From: Eledone cirrhosa
Taxonomy: Eukaryota
NCBI GenBank assembly: GCA_964016885.1
Contig: OZ024742.1
Coordinates: 197,718,001-197,782,000, forward strand
Length of the DNA stretch: 64,000 nt
Reading direction: 5' to 3'
A model generated the notes under the pieces. The model saw nothing but the letters and a program-made list of their open reading frames with translations. It searched no databases and was not told the DNA's origin. Made by a program: the position numbers and the translations under genes. This document shows, piece by piece, positions 1-11,748 of this stretch; within the stretch, counting starts at the first letter, position 1; each line of letters begins with the position of its first letter.

Positions 1-1190
1 GTGTGTGAGGTCGGAGTTTATCAGCTCGTCCCAGGTTTTTCTAGGTCTGCCTATTCCGTGGCTACCGTCTATCTTTATTGCCCTGTACTTTGTTATACAG
101 CTATCGACTTTCATGCGCATCACGTGTCCATACCAACGTAGCCTTCTCTCGAGTAAACAACATCTGATCCCTCTTATTTCTAATTTTTGCCTTAGTTGGT
201 TTATGCTTTGCCGTTCACGTATATTACTATTACACATCCAGCGGAGCATGCAAGCTTCGTTCCTCTCTAGTCTGCGTATATCCTCTGCACACAATGCCCA
301 GGTCTCACTGCCATGCAACATTGCTGTTCGTATGCAGGCATCATACAACCTGCCTTTCATTTTTAGGGAGAACCCTTTAGCGGCTAATAGTGGTATAAGC
401 TCTCTGAACTTTTTCCATCCAGTTCTGACTCTAGCTACTGTACTTTCAGAGCACCCTCCCCCACTGCTGATTTTGTCACCCAGGTAACGGAAGCTGTCCA
501 CTATTTCTATAGAGCCCTCTGCGCAGTTGTAAGACTCTGTTGAAGGCTTTCTCCAAGTCGACAAAAGCTAAGTAGAGGGGTTTACCTTTAGCTAGGTACT
601 TCTCCTGTAGTTGACGTACAATGAAAAGAGCGTCTGTGGTACTTTTGCCTGACACAAACCCGAACTGCATTTCATCTAGGTCAATTCTCTCTCTGATTAG
701 TTGCGCTATTACTTTTTCCGTGACCTTCATGACCTGGTCGATTAATTTAATGCCTCTATAGTTACTCCTATCTAGGGCATCTCCTTTACCCTTATAACAG
801 TTAACGATGATTCTGCTATGCCAGTCCTTCGGAACAACCCCATTCTGTACGACTTGGTAAACTATCCGGGTGACCATGGTGTGTCCCACCGTGCCAGATG
901 CCTTCAGCATCTCAGCAACTATTTCCGCCTTACCCGTCTTCATATCCTTGATTGCCTTACTTATTATACTACCCTCGACTAACACTGCTGGTCCCTCTAT
1001 TGGGTCGATGTGAGGGAGACCGTTTTTCTCCCATTTATTCTCCTCATTTAGTAGCCTTTCATAGTGACACTTCCAAGCTACCTTCTTCTCAGCGTCGGTG
1101 ATGGCAAGTACGCCGTCATCATTAAGTACACACTTCTCCCCGACAATATCACGGTTTTCCTTGACACATTGCCTAGCAATCCTGAAGTGT
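1..1190 (-). mobile_element. RTE-clade LINE fragment (RT N-terminal part joined to the 3' region by an internal deletion)
   Basis: ORF 476..1216 has the motifs KGKGDALDRSNYRGIKL, QFGF..GKSTTDALF and LAFVDLEKAFNRV, then jumps near 520-535 to the post-RT region. Bases 1-520 are the reverse complement of about 2070-2590. Confidence 0.9.
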
Positions 1191-1423
1191 ATATAATTAT
1201 ATTTATCTGTATGCATAATTACATACAGAGTGATTTAATGTTTATTTTCATTGATTATTTGCTCTAGGAACTTGTTGAGTGCTCTAAATCAGCTATAAAC
1301 ATTTATACCTTTATCTATTTATTTATTTATTTATTTATTATTTGTCATATTCCCAACTATTTGTTTACCCCTTCGACCTTTTTATTTTTATATATATATA
1401 ATATTTATGTATTTTCTTAGATA

Positions 1424-3058
1424 TATTTTCATTGTACGACAACTACAGAAGTACCTAGCTAAAAGTAAACCCCTATACTTAGCTTTTGTCGACTTGGAGA
1501 AAGCCTTCAACAGAGTCCCCCGTTCCATTATCTGGTGGGCTCTTAGAAAACTAGGTGTTGATGAATGGCTTGTGAGAGCTATACAAGCCATGTATAAAGA
1601 AACAGTCAGCAAGGTTAGAATTAACAACGGATATAGGGAAGAGTTTAGCGTAAAAGTTGGTGTTCATCAGGGCTCCGTTCTTAGCCCCCTATTATTTATT
1701 ATTGCCCTTCAGGCTATAACAGTGGAGTTCAAGACTGGCTGCCCATAGGAACTCCTATACGCAGATGATCTAACGCTCATAGCTGAATCAATGGCCGAAC
1801 TAGAGAAGAAATTCCAAACATGGAAGCATGGCCTAGAATCAAAAGGCCTTAAAATTAACCTGTCTAAGACTAAAGTTCTAGTTTGTAGGAAGGAAAATAG
1901 GTCACCTGTCCCATCCAGGATATGGCCATGCTCAGTGTGTAGGAAAGGAGTAGGTAGAAACTCCATTTTATGTCCCAAATGCAAAGTATGGGTGCATAAA
2001 AGATGTAGTGGGTCTGGTGCAATAAGTAGCAGCAAGTGCCCACAAAATACTAGTTCATTCCATTGCACATATGGATCTATAGAAATAGTGGACACCTTCC
2101 GTTACTTGGGTGACAAAATCAGCAGTGGTGGAGGGTGCTTTGAAAGTACAGTAGCTAGAGTCAGAACTGGATGGAAAAAGTTCAGAGAGCTTATACCACT
2201 ATTAGCCGCTAAAGGGTTCTCTCTAAAAATGAAAGGCAGGCTGTATGATGCCTGCATACGAACAGCAATGTTACATGGCAGTGAGACCTGGGCATTGTGT
2301 GCAGAGGATATACGCAGACTGGAGAGGAACGAAGCTTGCATGCTCCGCTGGATGTGTAATAGTAATATACGTGAACGGCAAAGCATAAACCAACTAAGGC
2401 AAAAATTAGAAATAAGAGGGATCAGATGTTGTTTACTCGAGAGAAGGCTACGTTGGTATGGACACGTGATGCACATGAAAGTCGATAGCTGTATAACAAA
2501 GTACAGGGCAATAAAGATAGGCGGTAGCCACGGAGTAGGCAGACCCAGAAAAACCTGGGACGACTTGATAAATTCCGACCTCACACACTTACACCTCTCC
2601 AAGACAATGTCACTGGACCGAGACCTTTGGCGCTACACAGTAATACAGAAGACCCGCCTTACCTAAGTACAAAATGAAACCTACTACAGTCAGTAGGCAC
2701 CTCTAACAAAATACACCCCCGTCCCACTACCCCCACCCCATCCACACCACCCCATTCAATGTAAAGTTATGTTGGTACTACAACATCCAGTCCGAAACAA
2801 ATGAGGCCGTGTAGGTGTCACGACAAAAAAAACACACAGTCCACGCTGTAATGTGGCCGTGTAGGTAACAAGGTAAAAACCTCCTAGTCCACACTGTAAA
2901 CGTGGTTGGTGTTAGGAAGAGCATCCAGCCGTAGAAAACCCGCCAGACAGTCCTATGCGAGCAAGACAACCACTCTTGCCTCAAGTGGGAAAACTCCCGT
3001 CCAAACCCATGCAAGCGTGGAAGATGGACGTTAAACGACGACGATGATGATGATGATG

Positions 3059-3060
<2 letters not shown>
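1424..3060 (+). mobile_element. RTE-clade LINE, 5'-truncated, with 3' UTR and (GAT)n tail
   Basis: RT motifs AFVDLEKAFNRV and GVHQGSVLSPLLF, a nonsense codon at 1746-1748 before ELLYADDL, then ORF 1791..2666 ending in RLRWYGHV..GRPRKTW. The tail reads ggacgttaaacgacgacgatgatgat. Confidence 0.92.
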
Positions 3061-3089
<29 letters not shown>

Positions 3090-3093
3090 TGTA

Positions 3094-3124
<31 letters not shown>

Positions 3125-3589
3125 GTGTTTATGTGTATATATATATGTATGTGTATATATATATATATATGTGTGTGTATGTATATATTTATATGTATGT
3201 ATGTGTAGGTGTAAATGTGTGTATTGCTTACCATGTGTGTTTGTTTATTTATTTGTGTATCGCTGTCAACTTTATAATAAGTCGGCCTTTTGTATCATAT
3301 GGTTGTCCATTGTTTTTTATTTTTTATTATTATTTTTTCTGATAATTGTGTGTGTAAGTAGGTGTGTGTACATATATCTATATATGTGTGTGCATATGTA
3401 TGCGTGAATATATGTGTGTATGTGTGTGTAAGTACGTGTGTATATATGTATGATTATGTGTGTGTATATGTATATATATATATATAAATGTGTGTGTGTT
3501 TGTGTATTTATGAGTATGTGTATGTATGGATATGTATGTATATATATATCCATACATACACATACTCATAAATATACAAACACACACAC

Positions 3590-3669
<80 letters not shown>

Positions 3670-3720
3670 CTCTATATATATATGTGTGTATGTGTATATA
3701 TGTGTGTATGTATGTATATC
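3061..3720. repeat. Compound (TA/TG/ATGT)n microsatellite with internal palindrome
   Basis: Direct inspection. 3478-3535 is the reverse complement of about 3545-3600. Confidence 0.9.
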
Positions 3721-3904
3721 ATCATCATCATTTTACGTCCACTTTTCCCTGCTTGCAAGGGTGGGACGGGATCTGATTCTGGCTTGATTTCTCCAGCTGG
3801 ATGCCCTTCCTAACACCAACCTCATTTACAGTGAGTGCTGGGTGCTTTTTTGCAGTGGCACCTCCACGACCACTTTGCAGTGGGATGATATGGACCCCAG
3901 TCCC

Positions 3905-4055
3905 TATCATCTCATTTCTACAGCTGAGTAAACTGGAGCAATGTGAAATAAAGTGTCTTGCTCAAGGAAACAACACATCACCCGGTCTGAGAATTGAACT
4001 CACAACCTTTCGATTGCAAGGCCAATGCTCTAACCACTAAGCCATGTGCCTCCAT
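3905..4055 (-). mobile_element. tRNA-derived SINE, family B
   Basis: Minus strand has box A (tggcttagtggttag), box B (gagttcaattc) and then gtttccttgagcaagacactttatttcac. Other copies lie at about 5775-6090(+), 8590-8880(-), 19110-19235(-), 34585-34810(-), 40520-40660(+), 41455-41780(+) and 56730-56840(-). Confidence 0.8.
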
Positions 4056-4056
4056 G

Positions 4057-4394
4057 TATGTCAGGTCACCAGTTGGTGCTACTGGTAACATGTATCCCAG
4101 TACAACCTGTCTCATGGTCGGGTCGTTGGCGACTAAACTGGCAACCCCACCAAGGTTTCTTGGTGAGGAGGGTGACTTTGGACATCCTGCAGGACTAAAA
4201 ACAAAACCTGTCAAAGGGCAAAGGAGCTCTTAAGAGTCAATGGCCATCCAAAATCACTGGGAGAGATGACCCCTTAGCCTTTGTCAAGGCAGAATTCTAG
4301 GAGAAGGAAAACTCTGATATAACACCTGCAACCCTGATGGTATCCAATGATGTTGACTTGTTCTTCTTTTTGGTAAATATCATCTTGGTTAAGA
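4057..4394 (+). mobile_element. 5' half of a non-autonomous RTE-like element
   Basis: Near-identical to the reverse complement of 53890-54226; both translate to VRSPVGATGNMYPS...KGQRSS. Confidence 0.8.
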
Positions 4395-4584
4395 TATAGA
4401 CAGCGTCTTTTATTAGAATTCTAGTAATGAGAGGGTTAAAAAAAATGCTCTAAACCATATATAAAAACACAAACATGTATCCTCATATTTTTACATCTGC
4501 TTTTGTATGCTTACATGGGTTGGACTAACTTTCCCAAAACAATTTTTACATATCTCCCAATACATCATATAAATTATGATAATA

Positions 4585-5285
4585 ATAATTGTTTCTATTT
4601 TAGGCACAAGGCCAACAATTACCCAGTCCATTACTGGTACTTTATTCTATCGACCCCGTAAGGATGAAAGGCAAAGTTAACCTCGGCGGGATTTGAACTC
4701 AGATCATAAAGAGACGTAACTCTATGCTTTAAAGCATCGTGTCCGACTCTCTACCGATACTGCCAATCCCCGGTTTCTGATTTAGGCACAAGGTCAACAA
4801 TTTTGGGGGGAGGGGAAAGTTGATAAATCCACCCCAGTGCATTACTAGTACTTTATTTTATCGTTCCCCATACGGATGAAAGGCAAAGCTAACTTCAGCA
4901 TGATTTGAACTCAGAATGCTAAGGGCTATAACTTTATGCTGCGATACTAATCCACTGCCCTCATAATACTGATAATAATTTCTTTTATTTGCCAAAGATG
5001 AATAATATGAAGGGGTATTACCAAAGCAAGTTACATACAACATGGGGGTAACAGGGAAATCAGCTGCAGGACAAACAAAAGGTTCTCATTATTATTTGAT
5101 TGGTAGAATAGGTAGAGCGTCAGACACCATGATTTGCAGCATAGAGTTTGGACCTTTACGCTCTGAGTTCAAATCCCACCAAGGTTAACTTTGCCTTTCA
5201 TCCTTATGGGGTCAATAAAATAAAGTACCAGTAATACACTGGTATAATTGCTGGCCTTGTGCCAAAAGTAGAAACATTATTATTA
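4585..5285. mobile_element. Cluster of tRNA-derived SINE family A (two minus copies, one plus copy)
   Basis: Consensus ggattggcagtatcggtagag...ctgagttcaaatcccgccgaggttaactttgcctttcatccttacggggtcgataaaataaagtaccagtaatgcactgg...ggccttgtgcc...(tta)n, with Pol III A and B boxes. Confidence 0.85.
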
Positions 5286-6142
5286 TTGGGCTTACTCTGA
5301 CTGTTTTTTTTTCTAAGCAAAAAGAAAGAAATCAGGAGAAGGGTCTTTCAATACATTTGATCTGACAGAGTGATCCGGGGCTTTTTGTGGGGGTTTTCCC
5401 TGGAATTATCCTAAAGTTAGCCACCTCCTATTGCAGATCTCTTCCTAGCTGACATTTGTTAGCATTTTGTATTGGTACCATTACTATTTATTATAACTAC
5501 TCTTGGGCCCCAAGTGAACAGGGATGGTGGAAAATCGATCATGTTTCTAGCTTGTCTCCCTTGATTTAAAAAAAAAAAACCAGAATTAGTCGTTTAGTTT
5601 ACATATTGAGACCCCCAACCCATCCTATTTATTTTATAATGTATGGGATTTCTTGTAATGTACTTTCTTTGTCATGTATAATGTTTATTTAATGTATAAA
5701 GAAAATTAATTGACACAGGAATGCTGCCACTTAAAATAAAATTTCGCTGGAGATAAATTAGCAACATTTAATAAGCGAGGCAGTTGGGCTTGCAGTTGAG
5801 AGGTTGTGAATTTGATTCTCGGACAGAGTGATGCTTTGTGTCCTTGAGCAAGACACTTTAATTCATGTTGCTCCAGTTTACTCAGCTGTAGAAATGAGTT
5901 GCGACATCTCTAGTGCGAAGCTGTATCAGCCATTGTCTTTCCCTTGGACAACATCGGTGGTGTGCAGAGGGGAGAATGGTAAGTATGGGCTACTGCTGGT
6001 CTCCCACAAATAAACCTTACCCAGTCTTGTGCTTTGGAGGGAAACTTCCTAGGTGCAAAACCATGGTCATTTATAACTGATGGGGGCCTAAAAAAATTAT
6101 TATTATTATCTATACTAAGTCCAGAAACTAACTCTAAATCAG

Positions 6143-7532
6143 TTTACAGGTTTATATATATTCTGCAATGACTAAAAGGAGTGGTTATTGTCAGCTCCAC
6201 CGAACTATTACAAAAAAAGATTTTTAAGTAGCAGTGGCAACAGCAGTAGTAGTAAAAAATAAAATGTAAAGAAAAATAAAAAAATTAAACAAGCAAAATG
6301 ATTGTTACACTTCATTAATTTACTATAAAATTCAACTATAACCTACTTCACACTATGTAAAACAAAAGTAGGTGCAGTTTTATTTTATATATTTGTAAGT
6401 AAGCTAACTAATAAGTTTAATTCTATTGATACTAAATCACCTGAAACCACCCCTGGTTCTTCTATCACCTGAAACCACCCTGGTTCTTCTATCACCTGAA
6501 ACCACCCCTGGTTCTTCTATCACCTGAAACCACCTCTGATTCTTCTATCACCTGAAACCACCCTGGTTCTTCTATCACCTGAAACCACCCCTGGTTCTTC
6601 TATCACCTGAAACCACCTCTGATTCTTCTATCACCTGAAACCACCTCTGATTCTTCTATCACCTGAAACCACCCCTGGTTCTTCTATCACCTGAAACCAC
6701 CCCTGGTTCTTCTATCACCTGAAACCACCTCTGATTCTTCTATCACCTGAAACCACCTCTGATTCTTCTATCACCTGAAACCACCCCTAGTTCTTCTATC
6801 ACGTGAAACCACCTCTGATTCTTCTATCACCTGAAACCACCTCGGATTCTTCTATCACCTGAAACCACCTCTGATTCTTCTATCACCTGAAACCACCCCT
6901 GGTTCTTCTATCACGTGAAACCACCCCTGGTTCTTCTATCACGTGAAACCACCTCTGATTCTTCTATCACCTGAAACCACCCCTGGTTCTTCTATCACCT
7001 GAAACCACCCCTGATTCTTCTATCACCTGAAACCACCTCGAGTTCTTCTATCACCTGAAACCACCCCTGGTTCTTCTATCACGTGAAACCACCTCTGATT
7101 CTTCTATCACCTGAAACCACCTCTGATTCTTCTATCACCTGAAACCACCTCTGGTTCTTCTATCACGTGAAACCACCTCTGGTCCTTCTATCACGTGAAA
7201 CCACCCCCTGGTTCTTCAGAGGTGGTTTCAGGTGATTTAGAATCAATAGAATTAAACTTATTAGTTAGCTTACTTACAAATATATAACTATATAAAACTG
7301 CACCTACTTTTGTTTACATTGTGTGAAGTAGGTTACAGTTGAATTTTATAGTAAATTAATGAAGTGTAACAATCATTTTGTTTGGTTTTGTTTTTAAATC
7401 ATTATTGTTGCTACTATTACTACTACTACTGTTGCTGCTGCTAGTACTACTATGTTGTTTTTTGTTATAGTTTGGTAGAGCTGAAAACAACCATTCCTCT
7501 CAGTCAGTGTAGAAAATATATAAACTGGTAAA
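6143..7532. repeat. Long inverted repeat (arms about 6143-6455 and 7217-7532) enclosing a minisatellite
   Basis: The right arm is the reverse complement of the left, e.g. caaaatgattgttacacttcattaatttactataaaattcaac versus gttgaattttatagtaaattaatgaagtgtaacaatcattttg. Confidence 0.95.
6436..7217. repeat. 28-bp minisatellite, about 28 copies (atcacctgaaaccacccctggttcttct)
   Basis: Contiguous head-to-tail units with the variants cccctgg/ctctgat and cacct/cacgt. There are no spacers. Confidence 0.97.
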
Positions 7533-7663
7533 AATAAGTAATGGGAGTTGTTCAACTAAACCCTTTGAATGGAGTGCCCCAGCATGGTCACAGTCTAATG
7601 ACTGAAACCAGTTAACAAAAAAAAATTAAAAAAATAAAAGCAAGAAGTAAAAGCATCTCCTAC

Positions 7664-7867
7664 CATATTAAAGTGCTCCAGCTGGTGCTGTAATTGATTA
7701 GTCTTCTGCTGTTGGATATAGAAGGCTTCGGTGCAGGCAGTGTTTTCTAACGAGCTGGAGTTGGGTGGTAAACCAGGTGATTGAACAGGTGAGTATGAAG
7801 TCTGCGACAGTGGTGATGTGGGCGACTGACAGCTACTTTCACTATTTCTATACTGTGTCAGAGAAGG
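7664..7867 (-). CDS. CRTC: CRTC coding exon PSLTQYRNSESSCQSPTSPLSQ...TNQLQHQLEHFNM
   Basis: ttttgttttcag|cct tct ctg ... ttt aat atg|gtagga, 204 nt, phase 0/0. QSPTSP and QLEHFNM match CRTC1 QSPTSP...HQLEQFNM. Confidence 0.93.
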
Positions 7868-9736
7868 CTGAAAACAAAAGAAAATTGTTTTTCTCATTAA
7901 ATAATTTAACAAATTGTAGTTTTTGTCTAGTCTATATACTCTCACTCCACCCCTTCTCCCTCACACACACACACACACACACAAAAAAAATATATATATA
8001 TATATATGTATGTATATATATATAGAGAGAGATATGTAAAATTCCGACCATAGTGCCAAGCCGTTTCGGCTTTTGCGTTCAGCAGCTTTTTCAATGGCAT
8101 AGTCAGGATTTTACATATCTCTATACCCACTCAGCATCTACCCTATGCATTGAGTACCCCCAGGTCTCAACAAACTCTCTCTCTCTCTTCATCATCAACG
8201 TTTAATGTCTATCTTCCACGCTAGCATGGGTTTTATAAACATATGCACATACATATACTGTATATATACATATACATATAAAATAATCAAAGTCTTAAAA
8301 GAGGTGTAGAAATGTCAAAGTAAATTAAGTTCACTTTTATAAAAATGACTTTTAGCAAGCAAGATCAACAAAGATAGTATACACTAAATACAGTAGTTTA
8401 TAAGTCACAATGGTATATAAGTCACACCCCACTTTGTGTGTTAATAATATTTCTGTTGCATTGTTTGATATTTCAAGCCCAAAGCAAGGTTTGCTGGAAA
8501 TGTCACATGTGGCTTTTCACACCTGATTTACTTTTAGTTAAAAAAAAAATTGGGATTTATCCAGGGTAGAGTGTGATGTTTTGGACCTTTGTTGGTTTCA
8601 ACGAGTGTTCTAGTTGTTTGGTCAATGGTTTAGCCTGCTCATGAAATTAATGTGCAAGTGACTGAGCATTCTACAGTTTTTAAGGAGTTTTTGTGTGACA
8701 GTGTGCGTGACAAGGCTGGATGATTGTATTACAGAAACACCTTATTTTTGCCAGATTTTGGGTGGACAGGAGCAATGTTAAAGTATATTGCTCAAGGGCA
8801 TAATGTACTGCTAGGAATCGAACTCATGGCCTTACGGTCATAAACTAACCATCTTAACCACTAAGCTACATGCCTTCACTATGAGGATATATGGTATATA
8901 TTTTTATATTCTTTTACTTTTTCTTCTTCACCCACTTATTTCTGAGAATGTCATAGGGGCAGAGTCATCAAACACCCCTCCCAGTGGGTCCTGTCAGAAG
9001 CAACCATCTCCAACTGATCCAGCTGGATCCCCAAGGAGATCAACCAGGCCCAGAAAATATCTTCTAGTTATCCTCTTAACTTTGACATTTGCCATCAAGT
9101 TGATGACAGCAGTTTCAGTTGTGAAATCTATGTGCAAGTGGCTGAGTATTCCACATACACATATATTCTTAACATAATTCTTAGAGATTCAGTATGACAT
9201 AGTCTATAGAAAAACTGGCTCTTTGAATTACTGGTACAGTCCATCTTGTATTATAGTGTAAGTGGCTGAGCATTCCACAGACACGTGTACCTTTATGTAA
9301 TTTTCAGGGAGATTCAGCATGAAATGATACGACATGGCTGACCCTTTGAATTGAAAGGTACAGTCCACCTTGTACTACAGTGTAAGTAGATGAGTATTCT
9401 CTAAGTATGTGTACGCATAATATAATTCTCAGGGAGATTAAGCATAACATAGTGTGTAACAAGGTTGACCCTTTAAATTAGTACTGTTGATTCAACAGGC
9501 TTCTGAACAGCTTTTGTTTATCTAATTTAGGTTGACTGGACGCCATGGTAAAAGACCACGGTACCACACTTTTAGGACCAAACTTGGAATCCCATGATTG
9601 TGAAATGAACTCCTTAACCATTTAAGCATGTCACATCTTTTTATTGACATTGATAATAATTGGTGTTGACAGAAATGGCATTAATCACAATAATGACATT
9701 GATGGCATTAATCATGAATTGTAAAAGTTTTGACAC

Positions 9737-10325
9737 CAATAAAAATCAATAGTTTTGTCATTGATAATAAAAATCAATAGTTTTGTCATTGATAATAAAA
9801 TCAATAGTTTTGTCACTGATAATAAAATCAATAGTTTTGTCACTGATAATAAAATCAATAGTTTTGTCACTGATAATAAAATCAATAGTTTTGTCACTGA
9901 TAAAAAAAATCAATAGTTTTGTTATTGATAATAAAATCAATAACATATTGTCACTGATAATAAAAATCAATAAATATTTTGATATTGATAATAAAAATCA
10001 ATTCATGTTTTGACATTGATAATAAAATCAATAACATATTGTCACTAATAATAAAATCAATAACATATTGCCAATGATAATAAAAATCAATAAATATTTT
10101 GACATTGATAATAAAATAATAACATTTTGTCATTGATAATAAAAATCAATAAAGTTTTGATAAGGATAATAAAATCAATAACATATTGTCATTGATAATA
10201 AAATCAATAACATATTGTCAATGATAATAAAATCAACAAAGTTTTGACAATGATAATAAAAATCAGTAAGTTTTGACAATGATAATAAAAATCAGTAAGT
10301 TTTGACAATGATAATAAATGAATAA
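9737..10325. repeat. AT-rich minisatellite of about 27-29 bp (tgataataaaatcaatagttttgtcac)
   Basis: Tandem units are visible and produce repetitive spurious ORFs (KLLILLSVT repeats). Confidence 0.9.
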
Positions 10326-10963
10326 AGTTAATGATATTTACATTGTTTTGAAAATGGTGGAGATCAGATCGGACATCAAAGACACACACAAACGTGGAAC
10401 ATTTCAATGAAAGGTACAATGGGTATGTAGGGGATTCATATGGAAAAATGAAATAAATTTATTAAACAAATGATAGATTATAAGCAACAAATAAATAAGC
10501 ATTTAAAGAAATTAAAATAAGGTGAACGTAATTCAAATTCAAGCTATGCATGCATATCAAAAGCATATATCTAAATAACAAACACTAATACAGACTGAAC
10601 CTCTAACCCTTTTATTACTATATTTGTAATAAAAGACATTGCCTATGATTTTCAAATCATTTTGAAAATAATCAAGAATTTAGAGGGATTTAGTTTTCTA
10701 TGGCTGGATGCCCTCACCAATGCCAACCACTTTACAGGATGTACTAGGTGCATTTTTTGTGATTCCAGTACTAGTGAGGTTGTGTCTGTGACATGACCAA
10801 AAGGTCCTTTCAACTCTTTTTTGACATGGTTTCTATGGCTGGTCATTGACTTAACTGAAGAGCCCTCGCTACCCTATGAACAAAGGGGGCAGGGGCTTTG
10901 TTACAAGTGAGACATGTTTAGCAGGGAGAGAGGAGACTATATATATATATGTGTGTGTGTGTA

Positions 10964-11153
10964 TCCCGAATACAATCGGGGGTAACCACAGTAAGTAAGG
11001 TACTCAATACATAGCAGAGTATAAATATTTAATATAGAAATGGCTTCTAGAGGACTAGAACTGTTTCATTCGAAAGAAATCATCAGAAAGTACTTTCCTG
11101 ATATTTTCTTCAAATGAAACAGTTCTAATCCTGTAGAAGCCATTTCTATATTA
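10964..11153. mobile_element. Penelope-like terminal relic forming a palindrome with a hammerhead-like core
   Basis: 11030-11153 is an imperfect palindrome centred on aaagtacttt. The minus strand contains CTGATGA-tttctttcgaat-GAAAC. It is inserted in a (TA/TG)n tract. Confidence 0.55.
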
Positions 11154-11748
11154 TATATGTATATATATATGGAGCGAGATTGCAAGACTGTGTCTAGATA
11201 GTTTCCCCTTAAGGGTCAATCTCTGTTTTCCAGCATTTCCCCATAATCAAACTATGGACTGGCTGATTTCCAAGGCTGCTAGAGTTAAGAAGTCCTGTCT
11301 GTAGAAATAATAATTATAACACAACAAAAATCAATAAAATAAAACAGTTGAAATTACAAAAATGTCACAAGTTTACAGAAGGAAGCAGAATGTTATAGGT
11401 TTAAAAGGAGGAATAATGTACTATGTGTGTGCATATGCGCTCCTGTGTGTGTGTGTATATACATATGTGTATAATCATAATCACCACAATTTTATATGGC
11501 ATAAAAGAATGGCTACCATTCTATATCATCATCATCACTGCGATTCATGCTAGCATAGGTTGGACATTTTTGTTTTTCCTTTTTATTTAAGCTAGTAATC
11601 ACTGAATTATATTTCATGTGCCAATTATTTCCTATTCATCTACAAAAACCTCTTCAGACTCAACATGTTCCCAACCTCTCTTCTAAACTCTTATAATAAT
11701 TAAAACTAAACATAGAAACAAGGAATACATATTTCTTATGTATTTAAA

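Noticed and set aside
5-487. 160-aa plus-strand ORF (also 2102..2602 and 55895..56521)
   Set aside because: These are antisense shadows of RTE coding sequence.
3031-3813. Many ORFs rich in Y/I/V/C/H/T
   Set aside because: They are translations of TA/TG microsatellites. The same applies to 13281-13662, 25847-26744 and 50568-52278.
4660-4770. tRNA genes suggested by A/B boxes
   Set aside because: The boxes belong to multi-copy SINE heads with no cloverleaf.
6436-7217. 28-bp repeats resembling a CRISPR array
   Set aside because: The units are contiguous with no unique spacers, there are no cas genes, and the context is a eukaryotic intron.
9712-10419. Repetitive peptide ORFs (KLLILLSVT)n
   Set aside because: They are by-products of the 27-bp minisatellite.
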